Source: Nageia nagi
Lineage: Eukaryota; Plantae; Pinophyta
Reading direction: 5' to 3'
Assembly (NCBI GenBank): GCA_050084985.1
Contig: JBITNC010000001.1
Location: forward strand, 15,996,001-16,060,000
DNA length: 64,000 bases
Shown piece after piece: positions 62,989-64,000 of this stretch. Position 1 is the stretch's first letter; each line of letters starts with the position of its first letter. A program made the translations under genes and the position numbers. The notes under the pieces were generated by a model. It ran no database searches. It saw nothing but the letters and a program-made list of their open reading frames with translations, and was not told the origin of the DNA.

Positions 62989-64000
62989 GAAATCCAAAAT
63001 TCATCTAGTTTTTCATGTTTCTTTTCTGAAATATGTTCTTGGGCAAACGATGCAACATCAAATAAAATTTTAAAAATCTAATAAAGAAAAAACAAATGGT
63101 TCTAGAGCTAAAAACAGTATTGCAGCAAAGAGAAAGGACCCCAAAGCAATGATAAATGTGGAAGCTTTTCATAAGGGGAAATATTTACAAAAAGAGGATG
63201 GTACATGGGAGCCACACAATATTTTCTGAATAGGGAGGGCATGTAATGGCCTTCTCAAAGTGACTATTGATGAATATCTCTTCTTGAAGTGGCTAACATT
63301 GTTAATTTTATATTTGAATTATTCATTTCGGCATCTATTACTGCTATATGAAATATATTGCTCATCCTTTGTTAATATTTTTATGCAAATTCTTGATTTC
63401 TACGCTAGATTTCTTTATATGCTAAATTGTTTCTTTACAGCCTGAACTGTCCAAAATTACAAAATAGCTTTCCAGTGTCCAGTAAAGTATGCAAAACAAT
63501 ATCATTGTCATCTTCCCATGCCACTGTGGCTGATGCCATTATACAGTCCAACCAGTAGGTGATTCACATTATAGGCTAGCATAACCATATTTTCCAGTGG
63601 AGGAAGAAACGGAATTTTCAACCTTTGATCAGCTTATCCATACACAGCCAACTGTCTATATTTCAGGCCAGCATTGTTCATTAGATGAAATGTTACAGAT
63701 ATGATGGAAATGATAAAATGTTTTTGTTAGAACACGACCATAATGTACTCATGCAATGTTGGACAACAGAATAGGCGTGAAGTCGAATAAGTAAAGGGAA
63801 TGAACGAAATGGCTAACATCAGAGTATACAAACTGTTATACATAAGTAGTTTATTTATTGTAGACAAAGCTATAGAGTTGGAATATTTTAACAATGTTTA
63901 CAGAGAGAGATGTGGCTTAAATAAATTTGAATTAATATTGTTGAACTAGAGACTTGGTTCCGACCAAAAACAGGATTTAAATCGGCAATTCCAAATTATT

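Larger units (their letters stand above)
59430..63241 (+). pseudogene. Decayed chromovirus integrase C-terminus and chromodomain, split by a solo LTR
   Basis: Fragments MISPFEVLYG (~59557), MVFSRLQ (59761), IGQVIYKLEL (~59866), then after the insertion SKIHLVFHVS (~62993) and EDGTWE (~63195). PPT AGGGAGGG is followed by TGTAAT at 63242. Confidence 0.75.

Overview
Repeat-rich eukaryotic DNA, most likely from a large plant genome. A gymnosperm-like origin is inferred only from the character of the retroelements. About 56 kb (2131-58668) is a head-to-tail array of four ~11.3 kb units joined at a TTCA microhomology. Each unit holds a truncated minus-strand LTR element, a ~1.2 kb non-TE core that looks like a short TATA-driven, structured non-coding transcription unit on the minus strand, and nested, decayed Ty3/gypsy elements. 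Two young LTR retrotransposons each occupy a single unit. The first is an intact Ty1/copia (33496-42422; LTRs differ by one indel; TSD ACCTC; one uninterrupted gag-pol ORF). The second is a 2.6 kb gag-only Ty3 derivative (49435-52072; TSD TGATT). The copia has an unusual non-coding layout: a 3 kb leader with a probable intron, a ~520 nt densely paired domain with pseudoknot and kissing-loop potential just before gag, a duplicated PPT, and a 3' array of seven 44 nt covarying hairpin repeats that each carry a consensus 5' splice site. The right end is a decayed chromovirus integrase interrupted by a solo LTR, which is itself interrupted by a poly(A)-tailed insertion with a 16 bp TSD. I could not recognise any host protein-coding gene. 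All alignments and folds were done by eye.
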